This document shows, one piece after another, positions 41,221 to 52,066 of a stretch of DNA of 64,000 bases. The translations under genes were made by a program, and so were the position numbers. The stretch covers positions 62,717-126,716 of the forward strand of contig CAXRCZ010000007.1 of NCBI GenBank assembly GCA_964229335.1. The letters run 5' to 3'. Source of the stretch: Minisyncoccia bacterium (GTDB taxonomy: Bacteria > Patescibacteriota > Minisyncoccia > Phycocordibacterales > UBA918). Under the pieces are notes generated by a model, which worked only from the letters and a program-made list of their open reading frames with translations, ran no database searches and was not told the origin of the DNA. Every line of letters begins with the position of its first letter. The stretch's first letter is position 1.

Positions 41221-41808
41221 ATGCATTACATCGTAGGACTAGGGAATCCAGGTACAAAGTATGAAGAAACCCGTCACAATGTTGGCTGGATGCTGCTGGA
41301 TTACATGAGAGAACAGGCCTCACTACCGGCTTTGGTGCACGAGAAGAAAAATAGTGCCCACCTGACTGAAGGTAGTATTAGCGGAGTATCAGTGAAGCTC
41401 ATATACCCTGACACATATATGAATAACTCTGGCTCAGCGGTGGCAAAATTTGTCTCGAAGGATGAGATTCAGAATTTAATTGTTGTTCACGATGATGTGG
41501 ACTTGCCATTTGGTACGATTAAAATTGGTAAGGGTAGGGGTGATGGTGGTAACAACGGCATCAAATCCATCATTTCAAAGCTTGGCAGCAAAGATTTTAT
41601 TAGAATTCGTATCGGCATAGCTCCCACTAGTTTTTGGACTGGCGAAGTCAAGCGACCGCGAGGGGGAAGGGTGCTCGAAAGTTTCGTACTCAAGCCATTT
41701 AGCAAGAAAGAGGAAAAGCAGCTCAATGAAGTGTTGGAAAAGACTTATAAAGCACTTCAGGAGATACTAAAAAACGGCCCCGAAGTCGCGATGAACAGAT
41801 TCAATTAA
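41221..41808 (+). CDS. pth: Peptidyl-tRNA hydrolase
   Basis: VGLGNPG, TRHNVG, YMNNSG, VVHDDVD, RIRIGI. Confidence 0.96.
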   Translation: MHYIVGLGNPGTKYEETRHNVGWMLLDYMREQASLPALVHEKKNSAHLTEGSISGVSVKLIYPDTYMNNSGSAVAKFVSKDEIQNLIVVHDDVDLPFGTIKIGKGRGDGGNNGIKSIISKLGSKDFIRIRIGIAPTSFWTGEVKRPRGGRVLESFVLKPFSKKEEKQLNEVLEKTYKALQEILKNGPEVAMNRFN

Positions 41809-41812
41809 TCAT

Positions 41813-42397
41813 ATGGAGAGATTTGAAACATACCCCAACAATAGACAAGAAAATTGGATTACTTATCGAGAGTCTCCAGAATTTTTGAGTGGTATAAAAA
41901 AACTTGAGAAGTTATATGAAATTACACATCAAGCTAAAGTAATTATTTTAGCCGTTGCATTAAATATAAAAAAAGCTGGAGAATTTGAGGTATCAGAATC
42001 AGAGGCTAACTACACAGAAGAAATGTTGTCTGAATTAGGGGTCTTTTTCAATCGTCACAGTACTCATGAGGAGCACGGTTTAATTGAAACGCGCTTTTTT
42101 ATTGGTGCTACAATGGAAGATTTACATGAAGCTCTTGATGCTACTGGAAAAGGAGATCATGCTAGTTTTGGAAAAGCAATGGATTTTCCAGTGACCGCAG
42201 TCGAAGCGTATGCTAATGAGAGTAAGTTAGTGCAATGGGGCGATTGGTCACGCTTGACCGAAGAAGAGAAAGCTTTCCTCTTCTTTCGTTTTTCAGAAGA
42301 GCATTTTGACGAAGAGGTTAAGTGGCTTGAACAAATCATAGCAGCAGTTAAACGGTATTCTCCAACTATATACGAAGAAGTCATGAAAATGAGATAG
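41813..42397 (+). CDS. Hypothetical protein
   Basis: 194 aa ORF. Confidence 0.75.
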   Translation: MERFETYPNNRQENWITYRESPEFLSGIKKLEKLYEITHQAKVIILAVALNIKKAGEFEVSESEANYTEEMLSELGVFFNRHSTHEEHGLIETRFFIGATMEDLHEALDATGKGDHASFGKAMDFPVTAVEAYANESKLVQWGDWSRLTEEEKAFLFFRFSEEHFDEEVKWLEQIIAAVKRYSPTIYEEVMKMR

Positions 42398-42553
42398 TGG
42401 ACCACAAAAAAATCCGCCGAGGCGGATTTTTGTGTCTTGAGAGCGTTTCAAAATCAGACAAGTGCTTAGGAGGCCAGCTGAAATTTTTCGAGTCGTACTA
42501 GGTTGTACGGTGAGAAAGATTACAGTGCCAGCCAACAACTCAATTGTCGATTT

Positions 42554-43681
42554 TTAAGAGTTCGCCTGGGCTTCTTTGTAAGATAGCGTCATCTTCTGTT
42601 CGTTTGGTTCGAACAAAGTAATTTTGAATTTGTACACTCCGCCAAGCGACAAGGTCTCTTTGAGTTGTTCTTCTGATTCAAATTCAGAAACATGTACCAA
42701 TCCAGCTACGCCTTCTTCGATAGAAGCCAGTGCACCATGTTTGTTGTACTTGATAACAACCGCGTCCACTACTTCATCCTTGGTGTACTTCTTAGAAGCA
42801 GACACCCAAGGGTTTTCTTTCAGTTGCTTGATTGAGAGTGAGATTTTGTCATCTTTCACTTCAATCACTTTCACTTCAATCTGATCACCTACTTTGTAGA
42901 GAGACTTGGTGTCTTCTACTAGACCCCAATCAATTTCAGAGATATGTACCAGTCCTTCGAGGCCTGGTTCAAGTTTTACAAAGATACCAAAGTCCACTGC
43001 ACCGGTGACTTCACCTTTGACCACTTCACCAACATCGTACTTGTTCACTTTTTCACCTTTTTCTTCTTTTTCTTGCTGGCTCTTTTCAGAGAAGATAAGT
43101 TTGTGTTCTTTTTGGTCAGCGGTGATGATAGCGACTGACAGGTGCTGTCCAACCAGCTCGTTAAGAGCGACTAGGATTTTGTCCTTGTCACCATCAGCTA
43201 CCCGAGGATAATTCTCAGATGATAGCTGTGAGGCCGGTAAGAATCCTTGAATTCCTTGCCATTCGATAATAAGTCCGCCTTTGTTAGCTTCTTTAACCTC
43301 AAGGCTCATTACTGTGCCACGGTTGGCAGCTTCTTCAGCTTCACCCCAAATGAGGGCTTGGCGAGCTTCCTTGAGTGATAATTCGATGTATCCGTCTTCG
43401 TTTTCTGGTTCGACCACTTTTGAGGCAATGGTGTCACCAACTGAAACTTTGCGAAGAATATCACGAGCGTTCATGTACTCACGACCATAGATAATACCGG
43501 TTCCGTAGGGAAGGATATCGATATATACCTTAGCTCGTCCAACAGCTGATACAGTTCCTTCGACAATTTGTCCAGCTTCAAGTGGGGCTGGTGTGTCAGC
43601 TAGGAAATGCTGCATGATGTTGGCTGAATCGCCTCCGGTGATGGTGGCGTTTGAAGACGCAACGGTAGTTGCTTCTGACAT
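42554..43681 (-). CDS. rpsA: 30S ribosomal protein S1 (four S1 domains)
   Basis: NKGGL, GFLPASQ, DFGIFV, GLVHISE. Confidence 0.9.
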   Translation of the reverse strand: MSEATTVASSNATITGGDSANIMQHFLADTPAPLEAGQIVEGTVSAVGRAKVYIDILPYGTGIIYGREYMNARDILRKVSVGDTIASKVVEPENEDGYIELSLKEARQALIWGEAEEAANRGTVMSLEVKEANKGGLIIEWQGIQGFLPASQLSSENYPRVADGDKDKILVALNELVGQHLSVAIITADQKEHKLIFSEKSQQEKEEKGEKVNKYDVGEVVKGEVTGAVDFGIFVKLEPGLEGLVHISEIDWGLVEDTKSLYKVGDQIEVKVIEVKDDKISLSIKQLKENPWVSASKKYTKDEVVDAVVIKYNKHGALASIEEGVAGLVHVSEFESEEQLKETLSLGGVYKFKITLFEPNEQKMTLSYKEAQANS

Positions 43682-43882
43682 ACTATATATTTGCTTTACT
43701 TCCGACGACACGCGTCCGCGCAACTGTCGCTCGTGGCCATTGTCCGTGAGCGCGGGGTTAAACGTGTGCCGCTAGAAACTATTAATACCTAAAAGGTGCT
43801 AGCAAATATACCAAAAAATATTTTTTTGTCTATATAAACATGAAGGCCGCACGAATCTAAGATCCGTGCGGCCGTAACCTCT

Positions 43883-44389
43883 TCAGAGGTAGTAGTACCG
43901 TTGGCGGTGCATCCGGCGCGTGCGTCCGGTCCATCCACGTTGCCACTTGGGAGCCCGCTGAGCTCCATAGCCGCGCTGATTGCGAAACGCAGGACGGCAT
44001 TCGCGCCTGAAGACTTCTTCCTCAGGAAGAATGCCGACATTGGTGCGGTTCCGACCGTAGAACGCGGGTGGCGTCTGGGTCTGGTAACCGAACTCGTCAT
44101 TGAGACGGATTACGTCGCCGTAGCGCTTGTGAAGCCAGTCTTTGATGTCGACCTGCAAGCCGTCATCCCAGTCATAATCGCTGCCGAGGAGCAGCGAAGA
44201 CATGACGGTCTGCTCCAGTTCTTCGTCGAACGTGTGGTCGAAATCTTCCTCGTCGTCATTCGATGGTGCCAGCTCGTAGATGCTGACTTGATCCGTCGAA
44301 AGTTCGTACTCGGAGCTTTCGTCGTCTTCACTGAGACCGAAGTTGGTATCGATGAATTGACCATTCACAGCGTCTCTCAAAGCAGGCAT
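43883..44389 (-). CDS. Hypothetical protein, acidic N-terminus and Arg-rich C-terminus
   Basis: SD ggagg, own promoter, GC-richer codons. Confidence 0.7.
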   Translation of the reverse strand: MPALRDAVNGQFIDTNFGLSEDDESSEYELSTDQVSIYELAPSNDDEEDFDHTFDEELEQTVMSSLLLGSDYDWDDGLQVDIKDWLHKRYGDVIRLNDEFGYQTQTPPAFYGRNRTNVGILPEEEVFRRECRPAFRNQRGYGAQRAPKWQRGWTGRTRRMHRQRYYYL

Positions 44390-44434
44390 TTCAAACCTCC
44401 ATACTGTAGTTGATAGGGAACGAATTCAAACTTT

Positions 44435-44463
44435 ACTATATCATAGTATATATAATAAGTCAA
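44435..44463 (-). promoter_or_regulatory. sigma70-type promoter
   Basis: TTGACT-17 nt-TATAGT upstream of the 44389 ORF. Confidence 0.6.
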
Positions 44464-44567
44464 ATAAATATTAAAAATAATTTTGTGGATAAATGACATG
44501 TATATGCAACACCAGACGCCGCTGAAAACTTCGTTTTCCGCCTGCACTGCTTTATACTAGTGACACT

Positions 44568-45188
44568 ATGGTTATTACATATCACGGAGGACAGTGTTTT
44601 AAAGTATCGTTTGGTGATACCACGTTAGCGTTTAACCCTGTTTCAAAAAAATCAAAATTACCAGAAAGCAAATTTGGCTCAGATATCGTGTTCGTATCGT
44701 TGTGGCACCCAGACTATAACGGAGTTGAGCAGGTGACTCACGGTTCTAAACAACCGTTTGTAGTTGATAATCCCGGCGAATACGAAATCGGCACCGTAAC
44801 CGCTCGCGGGTACGGGGTAAAAACCACCTACGACAAACAAGAGACCTTCAACACCATTTATCAGGTAAGACTGGAAGAAATGAATATTGTATTTCTTGGT
44901 GCACTTGGAGAGCCTGATATTGACCCAAAGATTCTTAGTGAACTCGGAGATATCGACATCCTATTCTTACCAATTGGTGGAGGAGACTTATTAGAAGTAC
45001 CTCAAGCCAGTAAACTAGCAGTCAAACTAGAAGCCAAGGCAGTCATTCCAATGCAGTATGATGCCGCTGCGTTGCAATCATTTCTTAAAGAAGAAGGGGA
45101 AGAAAAATTAAAGTCTGTAGAAAAACTCACCATCAAGCGAAAAGATCTCGCCACCATGAGTGGAGATGTGGTGGTACTAAAAAGTTAA
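44568..45188 (+). CDS. MBL-fold metallo-hydrolase-like protein
   Basis: ITYHGGQCF, PGEYEI, DILFLPIGG, VIPMQY. Confidence 0.85.
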   Translation: MVITYHGGQCFKVSFGDTTLAFNPVSKKSKLPESKFGSDIVFVSLWHPDYNGVEQVTHGSKQPFVVDNPGEYEIGTVTARGYGVKTTYDKQETFNTIYQVRLEEMNIVFLGALGEPDIDPKILSELGDIDILFLPIGGGDLLEVPQASKLAVKLEAKAVIPMQYDAAALQSFLKEEGEEKLKSVEKLTIKRKDLATMSGDVVVLKS

Positions 45189-45203
45189 TTATAGAGATAC
45201 GAC

Positions 45204-45569
45204 ATGCGTGATCTTATCGAAAAGGCGAGACAAAAACCCAAAGAGGCACGTGATCGTATTGCATTTGCGAGTGCTGCCGGAGTGACAGCTGTCATTTTTG
45301 CTGGCTGGTTGGCGGTATCCCATACTCAGTTTTCAATGCTGGCAGAAGTCAGTAACGATATCCAGCCAGCCGGTGCTTTCTCAGGTCTCATCAATCAAAT
45401 TAAAGAACGAACCAGCGATTTACCAATGATGAATCAGGAAAGTGAACCTGCGCCAACACCAAATGCTTCTTCAACTATCTATAATCGTTCGACTACCTCG
45501 CCAAGTAGCGTTTCACTGGAGCAAAGACGAGAGGTTCGAATTGCCACCAGCACAGCAACTAGTTCATAA
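45204..45569 (+). CDS. Hypothetical membrane protein
   Basis: One TM, Ser/Thr-rich tail. Confidence 0.75.
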   Translation: MRDLIEKARQKPKEARDRIAFASAAGVTAVIFAGWLAVSHTQFSMLAEVSNDIQPAGAFSGLINQIKERTSDLPMMNQESEPAPTPNASSTIYNRSTTSPSSVSLEQRREVRIATSTATSS

Positions 45570-45627
45570 AACTAGTATGAATGTGCTATACTAGCCTAGT
45601 TATTTTCACCCAAAACGACGATCTGTT

Positions 45628-48096
45628 ATGCCGAAAAAAACCGTAGTGAACGACACTCCACCAGAAGAAGATCGGATTATCGATCAAAGTATTACCACCG
45701 AAATGGAAACGGCGTATTTGGACTACGCGATGTCGGTGATTACCTCGCGCGCCCTGCCAGATGTACGTGACGGTCTCAAGCCAGTGCACCGTAGAATCCT
45801 CTACTCAATGCGTCTAAATGGCCTGACTTCAGGCGCGAAGTTTAAGAAATCTGCGACGGTTGTGGGAGATGTACTCGGTAGTTTTCACCCACATGGAGAT
45901 AGCGCTGTATATGAAGCGATGGTGAAGTTGGCACAAAATTTCTCTACTCGCTATCCATTGGTACTTGGTCAAGGAAACTTCGGTTCGATTGATGGTGACT
46001 CAGCTGCGGCCTATCGATATACCGAGGCCAAGATGTCTAAGGTAGCGGAAGAGTTGTTGCGGGATTTAGAAAAAGACACCGTTAATTGGCGACCTAACTT
46101 TGATGGTACAAAGAAAGAACCAGAGGTCCTGCCAGCTGCAGTGCCCAACCTATTACTCCTAGGCTCGCTTGGTATTGCAGTCGGGATGGCTACTAACATA
46201 CCGCCACACAACCTGCGAGAGGTAGTTAACGCCACTGCCCACCTCATCGATGATCCTGACGCGAGTACCGACGATTTGCTTCAACATGTCAAAGGGCCAG
46301 ATTTTCCAACCGGAGCGATTGCCTTTAACCAAAAAGACATCAAGCACGCCTACGCCAACGGTCGGGGTGGGGTAGTGGTGCGTGGTGAAACCGAGATTGT
46401 CGAAGACAAGCGTGGTTCGTTTTCAATCATCATCACGTCACTACCGTATCGAGTCAATAAGGCGGACATGCAAGAAAAGATTGCCAACCTAGTCCGTGAG
46501 AAAAAAATTGAAGGCATCAAAGAAATGCGCGATGAATCAACTAGCGATATTCGTGTCGTGATTGACCTGAAGTCCGGTTCACAACCACAAACAGTACTCA
46601 ACAAACTCTACAAACACACTCAACTCGAAGACACGTTCCATTACAACATGGTGGCACTGGTGGATGGTATTCCGCAAACTCTATCTCTTAAAGTAATTCT
46701 CCAAGAGTACATTAAACACCGAGCTGAGGTGATTCGGCGCCGTACCGAATACGATTTAAATAAAGCCAAAGACCGCGAGCATATTTTGCTCGGACTCAAA
46801 AAGGCCCTCGACCATATCGATAAAATCATCAAGCTAATTCGAGCTGCCAAAGATGTGCCGACCGCACATGCGCAGTTGATGAAAGAGTTTAAATTCTCAG
46901 ACATTCAAGCTCAAGCTATTCTTGACATGCGGCTCCAGAAACTTGCTGGATTAGAACGCAAAAAGATTGAAGACGAGCTGGCTGAAGTACAAAAACTCAT
47001 CAAATCACTTGAAGCTATCCTCAAGAGTAAGGCCAAGATGATGACCATCGTCAAAGACGAGCTGATGGAAGTGGCTGATAAATTTGGCGATGATCGTCGA
47101 ACCAAAATTGTCAAAGGCGGCGTCAAGCAACTCAACCCAGAAGACTTGGTTCCTGATGAAGAGAGCGTGTTGGTGCTCACCAAAGGAGGGTATGTAAAGC
47201 GTACTAATCCGTCAGAATACAAAACCCAACGAAGGGGAGGGGTCGGTGTAGTTGATCTCAACACCAAGGAAGAAGACATGGTGACCACCCTCCTTACTAC
47301 CTCTACCCATAGTGACTTACTCTTCTTCACCAATGCTGGGAAGGTCTATCAGAGTAAAATGTACGAAATCCCAGAAGGAAGACGAGCTACCAAGGGCAAG
47401 TCAATTATGAACTTCTTGCCACTACAGTCTGAAGAACAAGTAACTTCAGTATTGGCAGTCCGTAAAGAAGAATGGGATGGCGAGTGGAGTCTGATGATGG
47501 TGACCAAAAATGGGGTGGCGAAAAAGAGCGACGCAGCTGCCTTTAAGGACGTGCGTCGAAGTGGACTCATCGCTATCAAGCTCAAGCCAGAAGACTCTCT
47601 AATTGCTGCCAAATTTGTTGGTAAGGGAGATGAGGTGTCACTCATTAGTAAAAATGGTCAGTCAATCCGCTTTACCGAAGCCGATGTGCGCCAAATGGGC
47701 CGTACTGCTGCCGGAGTAGGGGCTATGAAACTGTCTAAAGGCGATACGATTGTGTCAGCCGACGTATTTAAGAAAACCGAAAAAGACCGCGAAATATTAG
47801 TGGTCACTGAAAATGGTTTTGGGAAATCAACGCCAGCTAAAGAATACAAAACTCAAAAACGCGGTGGCTCAGGGGTCAAAACCGTCAAAGTAACCGAAAA
47901 GACCGGTAAGGTAGTTGGAGCTATCGTCCTCAGTCAGGAAGAGCGAGCCGAAGGCGAATTAGTCATCATGAGTCAGAAAGGACAGGTAATTAAACTACCA
48001 CTCAAACAAGTCCCAACCCTCGGTCGTGATACGCAAGGAGTCAAAGTGATGAAGATGCGGGCCGGAGACTCAATTGCTTCAATTGTGTTTGTGTAG
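45628..48096 (+). CDS. gyrA: DNA gyrase subunit A
   Basis: [26 protein letters not shown], GyrA-box QRRGGVG. Confidence 0.97.
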   Translation: MPKKTVVNDTPPEEDRIIDQSITTEMETAYLDYAMSVITSRALPDVRDGLKPVHRRILYSMRLNGLTSGAKFKKSATVVGDVLGSFHPHGDSAVYEAMVKLAQNFSTRYPLVLGQGNFGSIDGDSAAAYRYTEAKMSKVAEELLRDLEKDTVNWRPNFDGTKKEPEVLPAAVPNLLLLGSLGIAVGMATNIPPHNLREVVNATAHLIDDPDASTDDLLQHVKGPDFPTGAIAFNQKDIKHAYANGRGGVVVRGETEIVEDKRGSFSIIITSLPYRVNKADMQEKIANLVREKKIEGIKEMRDESTSDIRVVIDLKSGSQPQTVLNKLYKHTQLEDTFHYNMVALVDGIPQTLSLKVILQEYIKHRAEVIRRRTEYDLNKAKDREHILLGLKKALDHIDKIIKLIRAAKDVPTAHAQLMKEFKFSDIQAQAILDMRLQKLAGLERKKIEDELAEVQKLIKSLEAILKSKAKMMTIVKDELMEVADKFGDDRRTKIVKGGVKQLNPEDLVPDEESVLVLTKGGYVKRTNPSEYKTQRRGGVGVVDLNTKEEDMVTTLLTTSTHSDLLFFTNAGKVYQSKMYEIPEGRRATKGKSIMNFLPLQSEEQVTSVLAVRKEEWDGEWSLMMVTKNGVAKKSDAAAFKDVRRSGLIAIKLKPEDSLIAAKFVGKGDEVSLISKNGQSIRFTEADVRQMGRTAAGVGAMKLSKGDTIVSADVFKKTEKDREILVVTENGFGKSTPAKEYKTQKRGGSGVKTVKVTEKTGKVVGAIVLSQEERAEGELVIMSQKGQVIKLPLKQVPTLGRDTQGVKVMKMRAGDSIASIVFV

Positions 48097-48169
48097 TCAA
48101 ATCTCTATCAGTACTGGCTTTACACAGCGCCGGAGTCCAGTACCACGTCTGTACTATATAATGTAAGGG

Positions 48170-48712
48170 ATGAATACTAGCGGCAGATTTGTAGCGCCGG
48201 AGGCGGTGGCATCTCATTTTCATATTAAACCTGGAGACCAGGTGGCTGATTTTGGTGCTGGTTCCGGATTTTTCTTACCGGCCCTCTCAGCTCGAGCTGG
48301 TAAGAGTGGTCGAGTCTACGCCTGCGAAATCCAACGACCACTGGTAGATGCTATTGCTGAGAAATCCAGAACCGAAAACTGGTTCAATGTACAAGTATTG
48401 TGGTGTGACCTAGAACATGCCGAAGGGGTGGCAATACCCGAAGGGTCGCTGGATGTGGGGGTGTTAGTTAATACCTTGTTTTTACTAGAAGACAAAAAAA
48501 CAGCAGTGAGCGAAATAGCTCGGGTACTGCGTACTGGCGGCAATTTGTTTGTAATTGACTGGACCGAATCCTTCAAGGGACTGGGGCCGCGACCGGATGA
48601 TGTGGTTGATGCGGCTATTGCGACAGCTCTGTTTGAACAAAATGGTTTTGTCTTAGAGCGAGAATTTGACGCTGGTGAGCATCATTATGGCTTAGCCTTT
48701 AAAAAGATATGA
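48170..48712 (+). CDS. Class I SAM-dependent methyltransferase
   Basis: VADFGAGSG, RVLRTGG, VIDW. Confidence 0.88.
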   Translation: MNTSGRFVAPEAVASHFHIKPGDQVADFGAGSGFFLPALSARAGKSGRVYACEIQRPLVDAIAEKSRTENWFNVQVLWCDLEHAEGVAIPEGSLDVGVLVNTLFLLEDKKTAVSEIARVLRTGGNLFVIDWTESFKGLGPRPDDVVDAAIATALFEQNGFVLEREFDAGEHHYGLAFKKI

Positions 48713-50007
48713 AACTCCGTCCATTTGAATTAGCTTTAATACTAGGATTTGCGCTATTGGCCGCAGTGGCTCTGCTTCTCTTGGCAAACTTTCAAAACAG
48801 TAACCGTGGGGAGGTGACAGTAGGTACAGTAGTCATCTGGGGAACTCTAGATGGCGAGAGAATGTATGAATTATTGCAAGAATTAGCTGATGCTCAAGAC
48901 GAATACAGTGATGTAAGTTATCGGCAAATAGCTGCTGAAGAATTAGAAAATCAACTTGTCAATGCTCTCGCTGATGGTCGAGGACCGGACTTGTTACTAG
49001 TGCCGCACGAACAATTGGTCAGCATGCGCAGTCGTTTGCGTCCAATTACCTACGATTCATTCCCAAGACGCGACATTATCGATACTTATATCGACGGTGC
49101 GCAAATATTTGCTCTTAACGATGGGTTGTACGCCTATCCAATCGCTGTCGATCCCTTACTGCTGTATTGGAACCGAGCTCTGCTAGCGAACGCTGGATTT
49201 CTCAATGCGCCTGCCACTTGGGAGCAGCTTGTAAATGAATATGTACCAGCTCTAATCGAGCGTGATGCCAATCGACAGATTATGCGCAGTGTAGTAGCTA
49301 TGGGTGAATATGAGAATATTCGCAACGCGCATGGTATTGTATCGACGCTGCTACTCCAAGGTGGGAGTGAAATGGTGCTCGAAGATGGTCGACAGTATTC
49401 AGTGCTATTAGACACATCTGTGTCAGGCTCTGGTCGACCATTGCAATCAGCGGCTGATTTCTATACTCGATTTAGCCGGCCTTCTAACACACTATATTCA
49501 TGGAACCGGTCTCTGCCAGAAGATCGGCAACATTTCCTGGCCGAAGATCTCTTGCTTTACTTTGGCTACGCTAGCGAAGGGGTAGAAATTGAGCAGCTCA
49601 ACCCAAATCTCAGCTTTGGAGTGGCCGAAGTGCCACAAGGCGCTTCAGCCACTGTACGCCGCACCTACGGAACCTTTTACGGACTAGGACTACTACGGGC
49701 CTCAGATAATATTGCAGGCGCAGCCGCGGTAATGAACATCCTCTCGAGTCCAGCTGTAGCAGCTAGAATTGCGATTGATAACGACATTGTGCCGGCGCAT
49801 CGTAGTTCGGTAGCTACCGGTAGCAATGATACGTACGGGCGTACTGCTTACTCAGTTGCCCCTGTGACTTACGGTTGGCTCAATCCCGAGATTGAAGCCA
49901 GTCGAGATATTTTCTCTACCATGGTTAGGGATATTGTTGAAAACCGTTTTGATGTTAGTGATGCAGTGAGGGATGCCATTGACCGTTTACAAGTGCAGTA
50001 TAATTAA
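48709..50007 (+). CDS. Extracellular solute-binding protein (family 1-like)
   Basis: N-terminal anchor, GPDL, YAYPIAVDPLLLYWNR, PATWE. Confidence 0.85.
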   Translation: MKLRPFELALILGFALLAAVALLLLANFQNSNRGEVTVGTVVIWGTLDGERMYELLQELADAQDEYSDVSYRQIAAEELENQLVNALADGRGPDLLLVPHEQLVSMRSRLRPITYDSFPRRDIIDTYIDGAQIFALNDGLYAYPIAVDPLLLYWNRALLANAGFLNAPATWEQLVNEYVPALIERDANRQIMRSVVAMGEYENIRNAHGIVSTLLLQGGSEMVLEDGRQYSVLLDTSVSGSGRPLQSAADFYTRFSRPSNTLYSWNRSLPEDRQHFLAEDLLLYFGYASEGVEIEQLNPNLSFGVAEVPQGASATVRRTYGTFYGLGLLRASDNIAGAAAVMNILSSPAVAARIAIDNDIVPAHRSSVATGSNDTYGRTAYSVAPVTYGWLNPEIEASRDIFSTMVRDIVENRFDVSDAVRDAIDRLQVQYN

Positions 50008-50010
50008 CCT

Positions 50011-50466
50011 ATGAAATTCATTTCTCAACTACACGTTTGCTTGATGAGTCTGGCCGGATTGTTACTTTTTCCGAATAGTCTTTTGGCTCAGACTAACCCC
50101 ACTAGCCCCAGTCGACCACCAGAAGACCCAGGAGCTAATCCCACCAGTCCTAGTCGACCGCCAGCTAGTGGTTCGGAAGGGGATAGTGGAGCTGGTTCGC
50201 AAACGTTGACTAACCCACTTGCCTTCGATTCCATTCAAGATTTATTAGTGGCACTACTCAATGTGTTGATAGTTATTGCTACTCCAATAGTTGTCTTCTT
50301 TATTATTTTTGCTGGTTTCAAGTATGTAACCGCTCAAGGTAATGCCGAGAAGGTAAAAGAAGCTACTCGCGCCCTTACGTATGCCGTTATTGGAGGAGTG
50401 CTTATTATCGGCGCTGTAGCCATAGCCGAAATTATTGGAAATGTGGTTGACCAATTTAGCGCCTAA
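50011..50466 (+). CDS. VirB2/TrbC-like pilin
   Basis: Signal peptide, NPTSPSRPP x2, LTNPL, GFKYVTAQGNAEKVKEA, YAVIG. Confidence 0.85.
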   Translation: MKFISQLHVCLMSLAGLLLFPNSLLAQTNPTSPSRPPEDPGANPTSPSRPPASGSEGDSGAGSQTLTNPLAFDSIQDLLVALLNVLIVIATPIVVFFIIFAGFKYVTAQGNAEKVKEATRALTYAVIGGVLIIGAVAIAEIIGNVVDQFSA

Positions 50467-50468
50467 GC

Positions 50469-50723
50469 ATGGAAACTCCGACAGACATAAAATCATTAGC
50501 AGCTTTCATTCTTAGATTTATAGAGATTCTTATCCCAGCGTTATTTGCTGTCGTCTTTGTGTATGTGATTTGGAAGATTATTAATGCTTGGGTGATTCAC
50601 GGTGGTGACGAAACTAAGCGTGCTGAAGGCCGGCGGCTAGTAGTTATCGCAGTACTGGTATTTGTGGTGATGATCAGTACGTGGGGAATTGTCGCGTTGA
50701 TCAAAAATTCTTTATTTGGATAA
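50469..50723 (+). CDS. Pilin-like membrane protein
   Basis: TM-GGDETKRAEGR-TM-WGIV. Confidence 0.8.
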   Translation: METPTDIKSLAAFILRFIEILIPALFAVVFVYVIWKIINAWVIHGGDETKRAEGRRLVVIAVLVFVVMISTWGIVALIKNSLFG

Positions 50724-50740
50724 AGTATAATTAATTTACT

Positions 50741-51112
50741 ATGAAAAAAGTAATAACCATTGCTAGTCTAGTCCTTATGACACCATTGATTACCTTTGCC
50801 CAGTCTCGGGATGGTGTTGGCGGGCCACTGAGTAACACCCTCCAAGAAATTTTGATTTTTATCAATGATGTACTCATTCCGTTTATTATTGGCATCGGCT
50901 TTTTAGCCTTTGTGTGGGGAATGTTTCAGTACTTTATCGCTGGAGGCGCTAATGATGAGTCAAGAGAGAAAGGTAAGAAGTTGATGGTCAATGCTACTAT
51001 TGGCTTTGTGGTGATTATCATTTTCTTTGGCTTCATTAATATGCTCACTAGTAGTTCTGGTCTTGAAGGCGAGCGGCTGAAGAATATTCCACAGGTCAAC
51101 GTACCGAGATAG
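50741..51112 (+). CDS. Pilin-like membrane protein
   Basis: FINDVLIPF...WGMFQYFIAGGANDESREKGK. Confidence 0.85.
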   Translation: MKKVITIASLVLMTPLITFAQSRDGVGGPLSNTLQEILIFINDVLIPFIIGIGFLAFVWGMFQYFIAGGANDESREKGKKLMVNATIGFVVIIIFFGFINMLTSSSGLEGERLKNIPQVNVPR

Positions 51113-51213
51113 GTTTTGTTATACACATTGGTTTTTTAGTAGACTGAAAAACCACCAGTTTTAGTATATAATTGATAAAACGTTACCACGTTGTTAGAAA
51201 TATTTACAAATTT

Positions 51214-51609
51214 ATGAAAAAAATTACCTCAACATTACTAGCGCTTGCGCTACTAGTTACACCATCATTGTCTCTTGCTCAACAAGGATTTGATGCGGAC
51301 AACAGTCAGCTCACAGACTTCTTTACCGAAGTATTGATATTTATCAACGATGTTCTAATTCCATTTATTCTTGGAGTAGCCTTCCTGTTCTTTGTCTGGG
51401 GAGTCTTCAGATACTTCATTGCTGGCGGAGCCGACGAAGAAAAGCGTGAACAAGGCAAAAAGATTATAATTTACTCTCTCCTTGGATTTGTAATCATTAT
51501 CATCTTCTGGGGATTGGTAAACTTGCTGGCTGAAAGTACTGGATTTGAAGGAGATCGGTTAGACGACATTCCACAAGTTGATAATTTGATTAGGGGAGGT
51601 GGTAACTAA
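51214..51609 (+). CDS. Pilin-like membrane protein, paralog of 50741
   Basis: FINDVLIPF...WGVFRYFIAGGADEEKREQGK. Confidence 0.85.
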   Translation: MKKITSTLLALALLVTPSLSLAQQGFDADNSQLTDFFTEVLIFINDVLIPFILGVAFLFFVWGVFRYFIAGGADEEKREQGKKIIIYSLLGFVIIIIFWGLVNLLAESTGFEGDRLDDIPQVDNLIRGGGN

Positions 51610-51681
51610 CAACTACTCAATTTATACTCAAAAAAGCCCCGTACGGGCTTTTTTATTACTTGTTCATGCTAAAATTTTATT

Positions 51682-52011
51682 ATGACTCCTCAACAAAAAG
51701 CCAGTACTGAAGCGGCTACTTTTGTCGCTAAGCTGAACGACATAATCCTGTTTCCCATTATCGCTATCTTGGCTGGAGTAGCTTTCCTGGTTTTTCTCTG
51801 GGGATGTGCGCAGTACATCTTCAAGGCTAACAATGATCAAGCTCGGTCAGATGGTATTCGGCACATTACCTTCGGTATTATTGGTTTAGTAGTAATGCTG
51901 AGCGCTTGGGGAATACTTTCTATAGCCACAGCTACATTTGGTTTAGACGATGAGCTTAATTGTGCGCAAGACCCGACACAATCAGGCTGCGATAACGCAT
52001 TTCGTCCATAA
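51682..52011 (+). CDS. Pilin-like membrane protein
   Basis: FLWGCAQYI...RSDGIRHITFGIIG...WGI. Confidence 0.8.
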   Translation: MTPQQKASTEAATFVAKLNDIILFPIIAILAGVAFLVFLWGCAQYIFKANNDQARSDGIRHITFGIIGLVVMLSAWGILSIATATFGLDDELNCAQDPTQSGCDNAFRP

Positions 52012-52066
52012 GAAAAGCCCCTGCCGCAATAAAGCAGCAGGGGCGTTTAGTAAAGAACTCTGGAAC

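Noticed and set aside
43901-44413. Plus-strand 170-aa ORF, and similar antisense ORFs inside gyrA, typA, ftsZ, nhaA, clpB and 19828-20193
   Set aside because: Antisense shadows of genes with better motif or SD/promoter support.
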